DNA of 25,616 nt, from NCBI GenBank assembly GCA_048884785.1, contig JBHLQM010000008.1:48447-74062 (forward strand), read 5' to 3'. The position numbers were made by a program, and so were the translations under genes. Positions 8,973-18,323 of the stretch are shown piece by piece. The notes under the pieces are model-generated. The model saw only the letters and a list, made by a program, of their open reading frames with translations, did no database searches and was not told the origin of the DNA. Position 1 is the first letter of the stretch; every line of letters starts with the position of its first letter. This DNA comes from Candidatus Thorarchaeota archaeon. Its GTDB lineage: Archaea; Asgardarchaeota; Thorarchaeia; Thorarchaeales; Thorarchaeaceae.

Positions 8973-9740
8973 ATGGGTGTAGATTTTGACAAACTGAGAA
9001 AAGAAGTCCTTGAGAAAATGCACAAAGGGAAATCTGGAGACGTCGGAAATGAATTGAGAAAAGCATTCGAAAAGATTGACTCTTCAGAGTTCCAGAAGTT
9101 TGGTGAGGTTATGAGGGATGCCATTTTAGTAGATCCCGCAATGTTCTCGGAGAAAGCATACATTCTCTTTGATAAGATGATGCGTGCGAGAAAGGCAGAC
9201 AAACTAGCTGAATACGAGAGATTCTTTGTTCAGAACTTCTGTAAATTACCTGGTGAGGAATTTGCAACAGTTTTTGATGGCTGGGTTGAAACAGGCAAGT
9301 CTGTAATCAAGGGACAAGTTTTCGTTTCGAACCAGCGAGTCATTGCAACCGGAGTTCAAGAGGCGAAGGCAGCTCGAGTAAGCGGTGGAGGCGTATTCGC
9401 ATTCCTAAGCTTAGTCCAACTTGGTAGCTATATGTACAACAAATCCATCATGGAACAGATCACTAAGGGAGTCACTGATAGCGGTTACCAGATGGTTAAC
9501 TATGGTGTCCTGTACCCTGTCAAGGGGGCATATGAGATCGAACAGGAAGCAAAGGGCTTCAGGGCAAAGCAGGCTGACCGTGTCAATTACAAGGTTGATG
9601 TTCCCTATGCTGACAAGAAGGGTAACCAGCAAGTTGCAGACATTGACGTTTCAATTGTTGTCAACATCAAGGATCCTGAGATCCAAGCGAAGCTCGACAA
9701 GATTGAAGCAATTGTCCGGGCCAACGCTAAACCTATGTAA
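8973..9740 (+). CDS. Hypothetical protein with a possible GRAM/PH-like domain
   Basis: Helical N-terminus, then FCKLPGEEFATVFDG...GQVFVSNQRVI. GAGGT SD upstream. Confidence 0.75.
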   Translation: MGVDFDKLRKEVLEKMHKGKSGDVGNELRKAFEKIDSSEFQKFGEVMRDAILVDPAMFSEKAYILFDKMMRARKADKLAEYERFFVQNFCKLPGEEFATVFDGWVETGKSVIKGQVFVSNQRVIATGVQEAKAARVSGGGVFAFLSLVQLGSYMYNKSIMEQITKGVTDSGYQMVNYGVLYPVKGAYEIEQEAKGFRAKQADRVNYKVDVPYADKKGNQQVADIDVSIVVNIKDPEIQAKLDKIEAIVRANAKPM

Positions 9741-9744
9741 GTCT

Positions 9745-9772
9745 ATTTTTGATGTTCACTTGCATCAAGAAT
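9745..9772 (+). terminator. Stem-loop between convergent genes
   Basis: ATTTTTGATGT-tcactt-GCATCAAGAAT, an 11-bp stem with two G-U pairs. Confidence 0.5.
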
Positions 9773-9791
9773 CAAGTACGGGGTCATGGAT

Positions 9792-10832
9792 TCAGAATAT
9801 CATCTGGGTAAAGTAGAGAACTCCAACTGCGAGAAGGGCAGATATGGGGACTGTGACCACCCAGGAGATGAGAATCTCTCGTACTTGTTTTCTCTTGACC
9901 GGTTCTCTGGAGACCCAGCCAACAGCGATCAAGGCTGCCACAAGAACGTGTGTGCCACTCAATGGGAATCCGAGATAAGTCCCAACAAACAACACTAGAG
10001 ATACAGAAATGCTGGCCGAGAGAGCAGAAGAGGGAGTTAATGTGACCACTTCGGTTGCTAGGACTTTAATCACTCTTCTGCCAACTACAATGAGTCCTAG
10101 GGCCATGCCAATTCCGCCAACAAGTAAAGGTATTATTTGTGAGCTCAGCTGAATCCAACCGAGATCGATGGTTGAGTTGAAGTCCGGGATAGACACCAGA
10201 GGAGCTATTGCATTAGCCACATCATTACCGCCTCTGCTTAGACTGATAATTATCAGAAACCCTGCAAGCCCATATGCTGCAATCCGTTCCTGTCTCTCAC
10301 GACCTGTCAGGCCTGCAGCCTTCTTCTGGAGTCTTCTAACGCCGGCATAGACCAATCCAGCAATCAAGAACCCAATTATGGGAGAGACCAGCCAGCCAAC
10401 AACAATCTCAGCTACAACGTACCAGGCTACTGCTTCAATACCCCAGCCAATCTCACCCAGTAGTGGGGCAATAACGGCGACACCAACCACAGAGCCAACT
10501 ATACATTGCGTTGTGCTTATTGGGAGACCCTTTGTAATTGATGCCAGGAGAAGCCATATTGCCATTGATATGAGAATTGCAAAGACCATTGCTGTGGTCA
10601 ACGGGCGCCCGCCCACTAGATCTGAACCTACCTTCTCAGAGACTCCGCCACCCATGAAAATAGCCCCGATAACGGTGATAAAACCACCAATCAGCACCGC
10701 AGTATTAACAGTGAAGACTCGGGCTCCCACTGCTGGTGCCATTGCTTCATCATTACTCCCAATGGCAAAAGCAACGATAAAGCAGATTATGAGTAAAGCA
10801 AGTAACAGAATGAGGTCCAGTGCCAGCACCAC
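9792..10832 (-). CDS. pit: PiT-family inorganic phosphate transporter
   Basis: Signatures AIGSNDEA and GGNDVANAIAP, GLPISTTQCIVG, GFPLSGTH, SWVVTVP. Confidence 0.93.
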   Translation of the reverse strand: MVLALDLILLLALLIICFIVAFAIGSNDEAMAPAVGARVFTVNTAVLIGGFITVIGAIFMGGGVSEKVGSDLVGGRPLTTAMVFAILISMAIWLLLASITKGLPISTTQCIVGSVVGVAVIAPLLGEIGWGIEAVAWYVVAEIVVGWLVSPIIGFLIAGLVYAGVRRLQKKAAGLTGRERQERIAAYGLAGFLIIISLSRGGNDVANAIAPLVSIPDFNSTIDLGWIQLSSQIIPLLVGGIGMALGLIVVGRRVIKVLATEVVTLTPSSALSASISVSLVLFVGTYLGFPLSGTHVLVAALIAVGWVSREPVKRKQVREILISWVVTVPISALLAVGVLYFTQMIF

Positions 10833-10836
10833 CGAC

Positions 10837-11499
10837 CTAGGAATACTTCACAGCCAGCTCGCGGATGTAGTCACCAGCGTCCTCGGCTCTTTGTGCAACC
10901 TCAACCATCTTTTCAATTACTGTTTGAAAGATAGCGATTTCATTTGCCTTTATTTTGGCGTTTGTATACATCTTTCCCAAGAGGGCGAATTGCAGGTCTC
11001 GAGCGTCTTCTCGGGTTGTGTCAATATTCCTGGTGATCTCTATGGCTTTCGAAAAGTCGTTGTAGAGAAACTTAATAGCGTCTTGTAAAAGGTCGGTGCA
11101 CATCCAGAGCTTCTTGCCAATTGATCGTATTTCTGGTGGTGGTTTTATTGACCGGCCCAAGTGAATCAGGCGTATTGCATCCTCGCAGGCATCGATAATT
11201 CTGTCGAGAGCCATCACCAAGTTGTGGCGTTCCAATGCTTGTTGTGGCATGAATGCAGATTTTGTCAGGATATTCTCAACGAGATCGTCCTTGACATGGT
11301 CCATCTCGCGCTCCAATTCAATAATCTCATGCTTGAGCTCGTCAAGCACCTTTGTGTTGCCCTCCTCCCATTCCTTGGAAGCTACACATAGCTTTGCAGC
11401 AGCAGACTGGAAACCCTTGCTAAGTTTCAGAAGAAGTTCATCAGCCTTCTCTTGCAGTTCCTTGTCACCTGAACCAAAAATCCTTGAGAATGTTCCCAT
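10837..11499 (-). CDS. DUF47 (PhoU-like) phosphate transport regulator
   Basis: IIELEREMD, LDRIIDACED, VAQRAEDAGD. Sits directly upstream of PiT. ATG 11499 has an AGGTG SD (alternative start GTG 11508). Confidence 0.88.
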   Translation of the reverse strand: MGTFSRIFGSGDKELQEKADELLLKLSKGFQSAAAKLCVASKEWEEGNTKVLDELKHEIIELEREMDHVKDDLVENILTKSAFMPQQALERHNLVMALDRIIDACEDAIRLIHLGRSIKPPPEIRSIGKKLWMCTDLLQDAIKFLYNDFSKAIEITRNIDTTREDARDLQFALLGKMYTNAKIKANEIAIFQTVIEKMVEVAQRAEDAGDYIRELAVKYS

Positions 11500-11688
11500 T
11501 TCATACACACCCTGGAGCGAAACGAAATCAGATTATACTTCAGCGCAAGGTATGGGTCATTCGCTTCTTAATGAAAAATGCTACGTTTTCAAAAAATGGT
11601 GACGCCGAGAGGTACGCAGCCTGAACTGGTATTACATTCTGGGACACATATAAATGAAGAGTTGCGAATTCCTTCAGGAGTATTTACA

Positions 11689-11820
11689 GTGGTAAAGATT
11701 AGCGAGAATTATGTCAAAGTCAATGGAATCAGGCTATACTATGAAGAACTTGGAGCAGGATACTCCTTAGTTCTGCTTCATGGCGGCATTAGAGTTTCTC
11801 TGAATTGAAACCGGCAGCTT
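11689..11820 (+). pseudogene. N-terminal fragment of an alpha/beta hydrolase
   Basis: VVKISENYVKVNGIRLYYEELGAGYSLVLLHGG..SLN*NRQ. The TGA falls where Trp is typical and the rest of the domain is missing. Confidence 0.7.
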
Positions 11821-11910
11821 TGCCAAGCCAAATCTACGGTCTGTGTCATAACTTGCTTATTAGTGCACAATTATATTTATTCAAGAATTCTCGAGAAGTT
11901 GGTGTACCTG

Positions 11911-12837
11911 ATGGAAATAGGAATGCGTGATTTTCACTGGGATACGGACTTTGAATCGGTTCGGAACTTTCTCATCGAGGCATGGAATGCAGGACCGCTC
12001 TATCGCAATTTCGTCCCCACAATGATGGAGAATGTCAAGTTTGGCCCAGGTGGAACTGAATATCTTGACGAAGAGGATGAATATGTCAAGATCTGGGAAA
12101 TCCAATCTGCGTCTATTTCTAAGATTGTGGCAGTATCGATAGTAAAGCCGTCTGGAGAATGCTGGATTAACATCCATCCAGAACACCTCAAGATTGAGAG
12201 AACAATTATTCAATGGATTGAAGAACAGAGAAGAGAACTGAAGGAAGACCACGCCGCAAAGGGTAGCTATTATTTTGTTGTGGAAGATGATGATAGTAAA
12301 CGTATATCGCTGCTACAAGGTCTTGGATTTCAGAAGGCCGAATTGGAGGGGGTTTCACGAGTTCGTCCAGCCAATCTTCCTGTTCCAAAATACGAAGTTG
12401 CTGAAGGGTATACAATAAGGCATACCGATATTCATACTGAGTACGAAGAATACAGGACTGTGCAAAAAGCAGTATTTCCCCATATCAAGAGTATGAGCAA
12501 GGACCAACTCGAGGCCTTTAGCACTGCCTCATTTTATGTCCCGGAATTGGACATTGTAGCAGTTGATTCAAATGGTGTCTTTGCTGCCTTTTGTACAGGT
12601 AGACTAGATCCAGTTAGCAGAATTGCGGAGCTTGAGCCTGTAGGCACCCATCCAGACCATAGAAAGAAAGGCCTAGCAAAAGCGACAATACTGGAATGTC
12701 TGAGTCGTCTTGAGAAGTATAATCCAGTAGTAGTTGTCATCCTTGGAGCTGCGGCTACAGAAGGTGCAAACAGATTATACGACTCAGTTGGTTTTGAAAA
12801 TAAAGGCGAGAGACACCTATGGCGAAAGGATGTGTGA
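11911..12837 (+). CDS. Tandem GNAT N-acetyltransferase
   Basis: ELEPVGTHPDHRKKGLAKA (acetyl-CoA motif A), ANRLYDSVGF. Likely start ATG 11911. Confidence 0.9.
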   Translation: MEIGMRDFHWDTDFESVRNFLIEAWNAGPLYRNFVPTMMENVKFGPGGTEYLDEEDEYVKIWEIQSASISKIVAVSIVKPSGECWINIHPEHLKIERTIIQWIEEQRRELKEDHAAKGSYYFVVEDDDSKRISLLQGLGFQKAELEGVSRVRPANLPVPKYEVAEGYTIRHTDIHTEYEEYRTVQKAVFPHIKSMSKDQLEAFSTASFYVPELDIVAVDSNGVFAAFCTGRLDPVSRIAELEPVGTHPDHRKKGLAKATILECLSRLEKYNPVVVVILGAAATEGANRLYDSVGFENKGERHLWRKDV

Positions 12838-12872
12838 TTTATTCATCGGAGAGGTGATGTGTTTCTTTGCAA

Positions 12873-14648
12873 CTAGTGCTCAAGAATGCCCTTTATCCTC
12901 ATAAGACCAGCACCGATCTTCTCTTGCTTGGCAATCTTGAATTTGCCTAGAATGCCTGTCTGTTCCACATGAGGACCACCACATAGCTCCATGCTGAAGT
13001 CGCCCACTGAATATACGGAGACAGTCTCACCGTAGTTCTCTTTGAAGAATGCCAATGCTCCAGCAGCAATTGCATCATCATACTTCATGGTCCTTCTTTT
13101 GACCTCGATATTCTTCTTTATCACACCATTAATTAAAGTTTCAACCTCGCTGATTTCCTCAGAGGTCAGTTTCCTATCGAAGGTAAAATCGAATCTCAAG
13201 CGTTCTTTTGTGATGTTGCTCCCATTCTGTTGGATCTCATTTCCCAGCACTTTTCTGAGGGCTGCCTGAAGGAGATGAGTTGCTGTGTGTAGCATGGTGA
13301 TTTCTTCGCTATGATCAGCAAGACCGCCCTTGAACTTGCCCTGGGTTGCAGTTCGAGATAACTCTCGATGTTCTTCAAACTGCCTCTGGAACTCGTTCAT
13401 GTCGACTTTGATTCCATGTTCTACTGCAATTTCATGAGTCATTTCCACAGGAAGACCAAAACTGGTGAATAGTAGAAACGCATCTTCGCCAGTTATCGTA
13501 CCTGTTTCCTGAAGAATTCGATCCAATTTCCTAAGTGCCTTGTTCAGCGTCTTTCTGAACTTGGACTCCTCCTCTGCGAGATTCTGATGAGCAAACTCCT
13601 TGTTTCTTTCAACCTCTTCGTACACATCACGGTACATCTTGATAGTTATGTCTGCTAGGTCTTTCATGAATCCAGGTTCTATTCCTAAGATATCGGCACT
13701 ATGAATTGCTTTTCTTATGAGCCGCCTTACAATGTAGCCCGCCTCAACATTCGAGGGTGATACCTTTCTATCATCGGACATAATCATAACTGCAGATTTC
13801 ACATGATCTGCTATTATCCGCATCAGTCTTAGTTGATGGTCATCAGGATTGTCGATATTCGACATCTCCTTGATTCTTGTGATGAGTGGGAGAAACAGCT
13901 CTGTATCAAAGACAGTTGGAACACCTTGAAGCATTGCCAGTGTTCGTTCCACACCCATCCCTGTATCGATGTTCTTCCTCTCCATCTCCACATAGGTTCC
14001 ATCCTCTTTCTTGTTATAGCTCAAGAAGACATCATTCCAGACCTCAACAAAATGGCCGCAAGTACAACTGGGACGACATTTATCGCTACAACGAGGAATA
14101 TCATCAATCTCGATGAACATCTCAGTGTCAGGTCCGCAGGGCCCTGTCGTGCCTGCTGGTCCCCACCAGTTATCATCCTTTGGGAGGTAGTAGATTCGTT
14201 CCTCAGGAATTCCAACACTCTTCCATATCTCTACGGACTCGGTATCTCGTGGTGCATCATTGTCTCCAGCAAATACAGAAACATAGAGCTTCTCAGGATT
14301 AAATCCCAGGTGCTTCTTTGATGTGAGAAATTCATAGCTCCATGTTATTGCCTCTTTCTTCCAGTAGTCATTGAGGCTCCAGTTTCCTAACATCTCAAAG
14401 AATGTGAGGTGTGTAGTATCACCGACCTCATCAATGTCTGTTGTCCTTACGCATTTCTGCACATTTGTGAGTCGATTGCCCTCAGGATGCGGCTGCCCAA
14501 GTAGATATGGCACAAGAGGGTGCATTCCGGCTGATGTGAAGAGCACTGTAGGGTCGTTCTCAGGTAGTAGAGAAGCGGAAGCGATAATGGCATGTTTTTT
14601 CCCTTTGAAGAACTCCAAGTACCTCTTTCGTAGTTCTTTTGCTTTCAT
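12873..14648 (-). CDS. alaS: Alanine--tRNA ligase, short form without C-Ala
   Basis: DPTVLFTSAGMHPL, HLTFFEMLGNWS, GPCGPDTE, IDTGMGVER, IIADH, editing motifs HTATH and ELCGGPHV. Confidence 0.97.
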   Translation of the reverse strand: MKAKELRKRYLEFFKGKKHAIIASASLLPENDPTVLFTSAGMHPLVPYLLGQPHPEGNRLTNVQKCVRTTDIDEVGDTTHLTFFEMLGNWSLNDYWKKEAITWSYEFLTSKKHLGFNPEKLYVSVFAGDNDAPRDTESVEIWKSVGIPEERIYYLPKDDNWWGPAGTTGPCGPDTEMFIEIDDIPRCSDKCRPSCTCGHFVEVWNDVFLSYNKKEDGTYVEMERKNIDTGMGVERTLAMLQGVPTVFDTELFLPLITRIKEMSNIDNPDDHQLRLMRIIADHVKSAVMIMSDDRKVSPSNVEAGYIVRRLIRKAIHSADILGIEPGFMKDLADITIKMYRDVYEEVERNKEFAHQNLAEEESKFRKTLNKALRKLDRILQETGTITGEDAFLLFTSFGLPVEMTHEIAVEHGIKVDMNEFQRQFEEHRELSRTATQGKFKGGLADHSEEITMLHTATHLLQAALRKVLGNEIQQNGSNITKERLRFDFTFDRKLTSEEISEVETLINGVIKKNIEVKRRTMKYDDAIAAGALAFFKENYGETVSVYSVGDFSMELCGGPHVEQTGILGKFKIAKQEKIGAGLMRIKGILEH

Positions 14649-14712
14649 TATTGTTCACCTTGCCGGAGTAGGTTTCAGCGATGCCACTCCTTGATTCATT
14701 AAAACCATTGTG

Positions 14713-15198
14713 TTAGGAAAGTATTAGGCCCGATGGCGTTAGACGGTATCTACGCAACCGCGATGATAGCCAAGGATAGTTACCAAGCCAGTTCAGAAAT
14801 CTATCGTTGCTAATGATGTCAGCATTCCGCTTCTGGGCTTCTTGGATGATTAGTAAGTCATCATTACTCCCGCGCGGAGCCTCTTGAATATCTGGTATGG
14901 TAGCAAGCAACTCTGGTTTATCGATATTATGTTTCAAGGCAGCAGATATTACAATGGTCGGACTGAAGCCAACCGAAACAAGGCTTCGGTATGCGTTTGC
15001 GATATTCTCAGCCCTAGGAGTCCCATTGTGCAATAGGTGATATGCTATGTTGTTTCCATCCACGATAACAGATTTTCGAACTGCGGGATGTATTACCTTT
15101 CTGACATGCCTACTAGATCTGCATTTTGCTATATGATTGTCAAGTTCTCTTCTATCAAATGACCTATCGCAGTATGGACATCGAGCACGTTTTGGCAA
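14713..15198 (-). CDS. C2HC zinc finger + NYN/PIN (Zc3h12a/Regnase-like) ribonuclease
   Basis: CPYC-x11-H-x3-C, VIVDGNNIAY, SNDDLLII, IISNDRF. TTG start. Confidence 0.85.
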   Translation of the reverse strand: MPKRARCPYCDRSFDRRELDNHIAKCRSSRHVRKVIHPAVRKSVIVDGNNIAYHLLHNGTPRAENIANAYRSLVSVGFSPTIVISAALKHNIDKPELLATIPDIQEAPRGSNDDLLIIQEAQKRNADIISNDRFLNWLGNYPWLSSRLRRYRLTPSGLILS

Positions 15199-15336
15199 TT
15201 TAAGTCCTCTTCGCGTCCAAGAGGCAGAATATCCCTTTTGATGTTTTTCTGTTCAGGATTTTTTACTTCACTGAGAGTTTTTTTCAATAGATACATGTCA
15301 TAAATTTCAAAAGCAAACTAAACTATGTGATTATGT

Positions 15337-15426
15337 GTCACTACCTAATAGTGGCATGGGCGTCCGGTTTCGTTTCTTGTTCGTCCTCCCGGCGGCTTGA
15401 ATAATGGGCGGACGCCGCCTTTTTTT
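15337..15426 (+). ncRNA. Candidate small structured RNA ending in oligo-T
   Basis: GC-rich island in an AT-rich intergenic region. Helices GGCGTCCG/CGGACGCC, CGTCCtCCC/GGGcGGACG and GGCGGC/GCCGCC, followed by T7. No + strand gene feeds this T tract. Confidence 0.4.
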
Positions 15427-16724
15427 CAGATAAACAGGGAAAGCAGCAGAAGCCAGCCTGTACTTATTCCCAGCATAAGTAATCCAAGTGGTGTCGCGAT
15501 TTTTGCGAATTCAATCATGTTGATCGGTTTATGTTCTTTTTCCGCAAAGGCCAAAGCTAGGATGTTAGCTGGAGAACCAATGGGAAGAATGAAACCACCA
15601 ATATTCACACCCAAAATCAGTGCCATTGGGAGTAGCGGACTGATTCCGGCAAATTGCACGGCAATTGGAGCAACTACAGCAGAGATAGGAATGTTGTCGA
15701 TTACAGCTGAGAGAAGTCCTGGCACCCAGATCATGAACACGATTGCCAGTGTCTTGTCGCCACCAATGAGGGCTCCTACGGCCACTCCGATTTCATCAAT
15801 AACTCCAGTAATTTCAAGCGCGGCTACAAGCCCGAATAAGCCAACTAGAAAGAAGATTGTGCCCCAGTTTACTTTCTTCAGAATATCATCGACGAATTCC
15901 CGTGATGAGAGTAGCAAAGCAGCCGCAACAAGGATGGCAATCATAGATGGTTGAAAGCCAACGCTATGACCAACGGTGAAGGATATTATAAGAACAAGTA
16001 TGGCAACTATTGATCCGTAGAAGTCACGCTGTGAACGGATCATATACTGAGGGTTAACAAACATGATTTCATCGATCAAGAGCTGATCACTCTGAACGAG
16101 AAAGACATCAAAGTATCGCAACAAGATTGGAATTGACACTAGAAATAGAATGACAGAGAGAGGCATCAATGATGCAAAGAGGAGCCCCTGATCCAAAACG
16201 GTCTGTTCTGCAATCACGAGATTCGGAACTGCTCCCACAATAGATGGTGTAGATGCAAAATTGCACACTATTGCCTCGGAGATTAAGAAAGGCCTGAAGT
16301 CAAGTTCCAATCCCTTGCACAATTCTATTGTAAGAGGCGCCATTATTAGCATCGTGGAAGTTGTGTCAAGTACGAGTGAAATGATAAAGACAAATCCAAG
16401 ATAGCCTATAAAGAGATGACGCGTTTTAGCACGTGTTGGGCGGGTCAGTTCAACTGATAGATATTGGAACATACCGGAACTCGTTGCAATTGTGACAATA
16501 ATCATCATGGCAGTAACGAATAACACAATATGCCACTCGATGCGCTCCGTAACTGAGGAAAAATTGCCCTCACCTGCGGCCCATATTATGACCCCCACTA
16601 AGCCCATGCCTAGTAGGGATGTGGCGGTTCGATTCACTTTCTCACTTGATATTGCAATATAGGTGCCGATAAAGACTACAAGTACTAGTGCTCCAACGAA
16701 ATCTATTCCACCATTTACTTGCAT
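15426..16724 (-). CDS. ArsB/NhaD/SLC13 (IT superfamily) permease, paralog 2
   Basis: Polytopic membrane protein. SSGMFQYL, SAVIDNIP, NIGGFILPIGSPANI. Confidence 0.9.
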   Translation of the reverse strand: MQVNGGIDFVGALVLVVFIGTYIAISSEKVNRTATSLLGMGLVGVIIWAAGEGNFSSVTERIEWHIVLFVTAMMIIVTIATSSGMFQYLSVELTRPTRAKTRHLFIGYLGFVFIISLVLDTTSTMLIMAPLTIELCKGLELDFRPFLISEAIVCNFASTPSIVGAVPNLVIAEQTVLDQGLLFASLMPLSVILFLVSIPILLRYFDVFLVQSDQLLIDEIMFVNPQYMIRSQRDFYGSIVAILVLIISFTVGHSVGFQPSMIAILVAAALLLSSREFVDDILKKVNWGTIFFLVGLFGLVAALEITGVIDEIGVAVGALIGGDKTLAIVFMIWVPGLLSAVIDNIPISAVVAPIAVQFAGISPLLPMALILGVNIGGFILPIGSPANILALAFAEKEHKPINMIEFAKIATPLGLLMLGISTGWLLLLSLFI

Positions 16725-16796
16725 CTCGTCCTTGACACCTCAGTTCAATACATGCTCGAAATGTAGTTGGTAAACCCCCCAATAATGATACCTATG

Positions 16797-18245
16797 TCAT
16801 TGTGTCTTTTGCCTTCTAAAGACAAAATAGATTCCTATCAGGAACGGAGCGAACCCGAGGAGTAGAAGAGGAAGAATTCCTACACCACTTGATAACAGCA
16901 GGCTTTCGAGGAGAAGCCATCCAGTACCAATGGCAAGATGAATCATGCCTAGAATGGTCCCTATTTTTATGTATTCGATAAATGGAATCGGGTCATGCTC
17001 TTTCTCAGAGAATCCTATGGCAACCATGTTTGCAGGAGAACCTAGCGGTGTGAATATGTAGCCGCCGACATTGACTGCAAAAATGAGTGCGAGTGGAAGA
17101 ACTGCGCTTACATCTGAGAATAGAATAGCTATGGGTGCAAGAACTATGGAAACAGGAAGGTTGTCAAGAAAGGCTGACAACATGGCGGGAATCCAGACCA
17201 TGAATATTGTAGCTACAGTGGCATCATTACCTATTACCAGCTGTATACCTGCTGCAAGGTCATCAATTAATCCAACTATATCAAGGGCAACCACAAGGCC
17301 AAATAGACCAACAAGGAAAAAGACTGTATCCCAGCCCACTTCAGTCAAGAATTCAGAGGCTCGATCATGGGAAAGAATTAACATGAAGGCAGCTATGGCC
17401 AAAGCGAACATCGCGGGAGCGAGAAGATATGTCGGACCAAACATGAAACCAACAATTAGAATCACTATTGCGATTACAGCCGCATAGAAATCACGTCTTG
17501 ATTTAATCATGTGCACTGGGTCTATATTGAAGATTGCTTCAACTCTGTGAGCGTCCGTTTCTCCAAAAGCCCTTGAATACCACTTCAAAAGAATTGGAAG
17601 ACTAACAATGAAGAGAAGTGCCGAGAGGGGCATAAAAGACAGGAAGAGTAATCCTGCATCCAATTTCACCTTGTTAGCAATGACCAAGTTTGGAACGGCA
17701 CCCACGATAGATGGAATGGATGCATAATTGCATGTAATAGATTCAGCAACCAAAAAGGGTTTGAAATCAATATCCAGCGCTCGACATACTTCAATGGTTA
17801 GAGGGCACATTATCAGCATTGTCGATACGGTGTCAAAGAAAAGACTGATCCCAAAAACAAACAGGAGAAACGTTATGAAGAGGCGCTTATGATCACCCTC
17901 AGTTGGACGAACCAATCGAAGGGCAATATATTGGAACATCCCCGATGCGCCAGCAACGGCAACAATAATCATCATACTTGTGACAAAGAGAATAGTATCC
18001 CACTCAATGTGACTAACAAGCTCAAAAAAAGGGCCATGTTCATCCCAGCCCTCGGTCACGGGATGCTGTAGGGCGAAGAATATCCAGAAGACAAATCCCA
18101 CAATTCCCATCCCAAGTAATGCAACGCCGGTTCTGTTGAATTTCTCAGATGAGATGACAAGATAGGTACCAATGAAAACAACGAGGACTGTAATTCCAAA
18201 GGCGTCAAGTGCCACTATGCTCTCACCGTTAGAGTTCTCACTCAT
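16797..18245 (-). CDS. ArsB/NhaD/SLC13 (IT superfamily) permease, paralog 1
   Basis: IEWDTILF, SGMFQYIA, SAFLDNLP, NVGGYIFTPLGSPANM. Confidence 0.9.
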   Translation of the reverse strand: MSENSNGESIVALDAFGITVLVVFIGTYLVISSEKFNRTGVALLGMGIVGFVFWIFFALQHPVTEGWDEHGPFFELVSHIEWDTILFVTSMMIIVAVAGASGMFQYIALRLVRPTEGDHKRLFITFLLFVFGISLFFDTVSTMLIMCPLTIEVCRALDIDFKPFLVAESITCNYASIPSIVGAVPNLVIANKVKLDAGLLFLSFMPLSALLFIVSLPILLKWYSRAFGETDAHRVEAIFNIDPVHMIKSRRDFYAAVIAIVILIVGFMFGPTYLLAPAMFALAIAAFMLILSHDRASEFLTEVGWDTVFFLVGLFGLVVALDIVGLIDDLAAGIQLVIGNDATVATIFMVWIPAMLSAFLDNLPVSIVLAPIAILFSDVSAVLPLALIFAVNVGGYIFTPLGSPANMVAIGFSEKEHDPIPFIEYIKIGTILGMIHLAIGTGWLLLESLLLSSGVGILPLLLLGFAPFLIGIYFVFRRQKTQ

Positions 18246-18323
18246 GCTTGTTTACATGTGTACCCAATCTAGAGTGAAAAAGAAGTGACAGACTGACTCA
18301 TTAATGTGTCGTACTAAGAGGAA

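Noticed and set aside
11806-11808. Selenocysteine codon
   Set aside because: It aligns to a Trp rather than a Cys position, there is no recognisable SECIS, and the downstream residues are not hydrolase-like.
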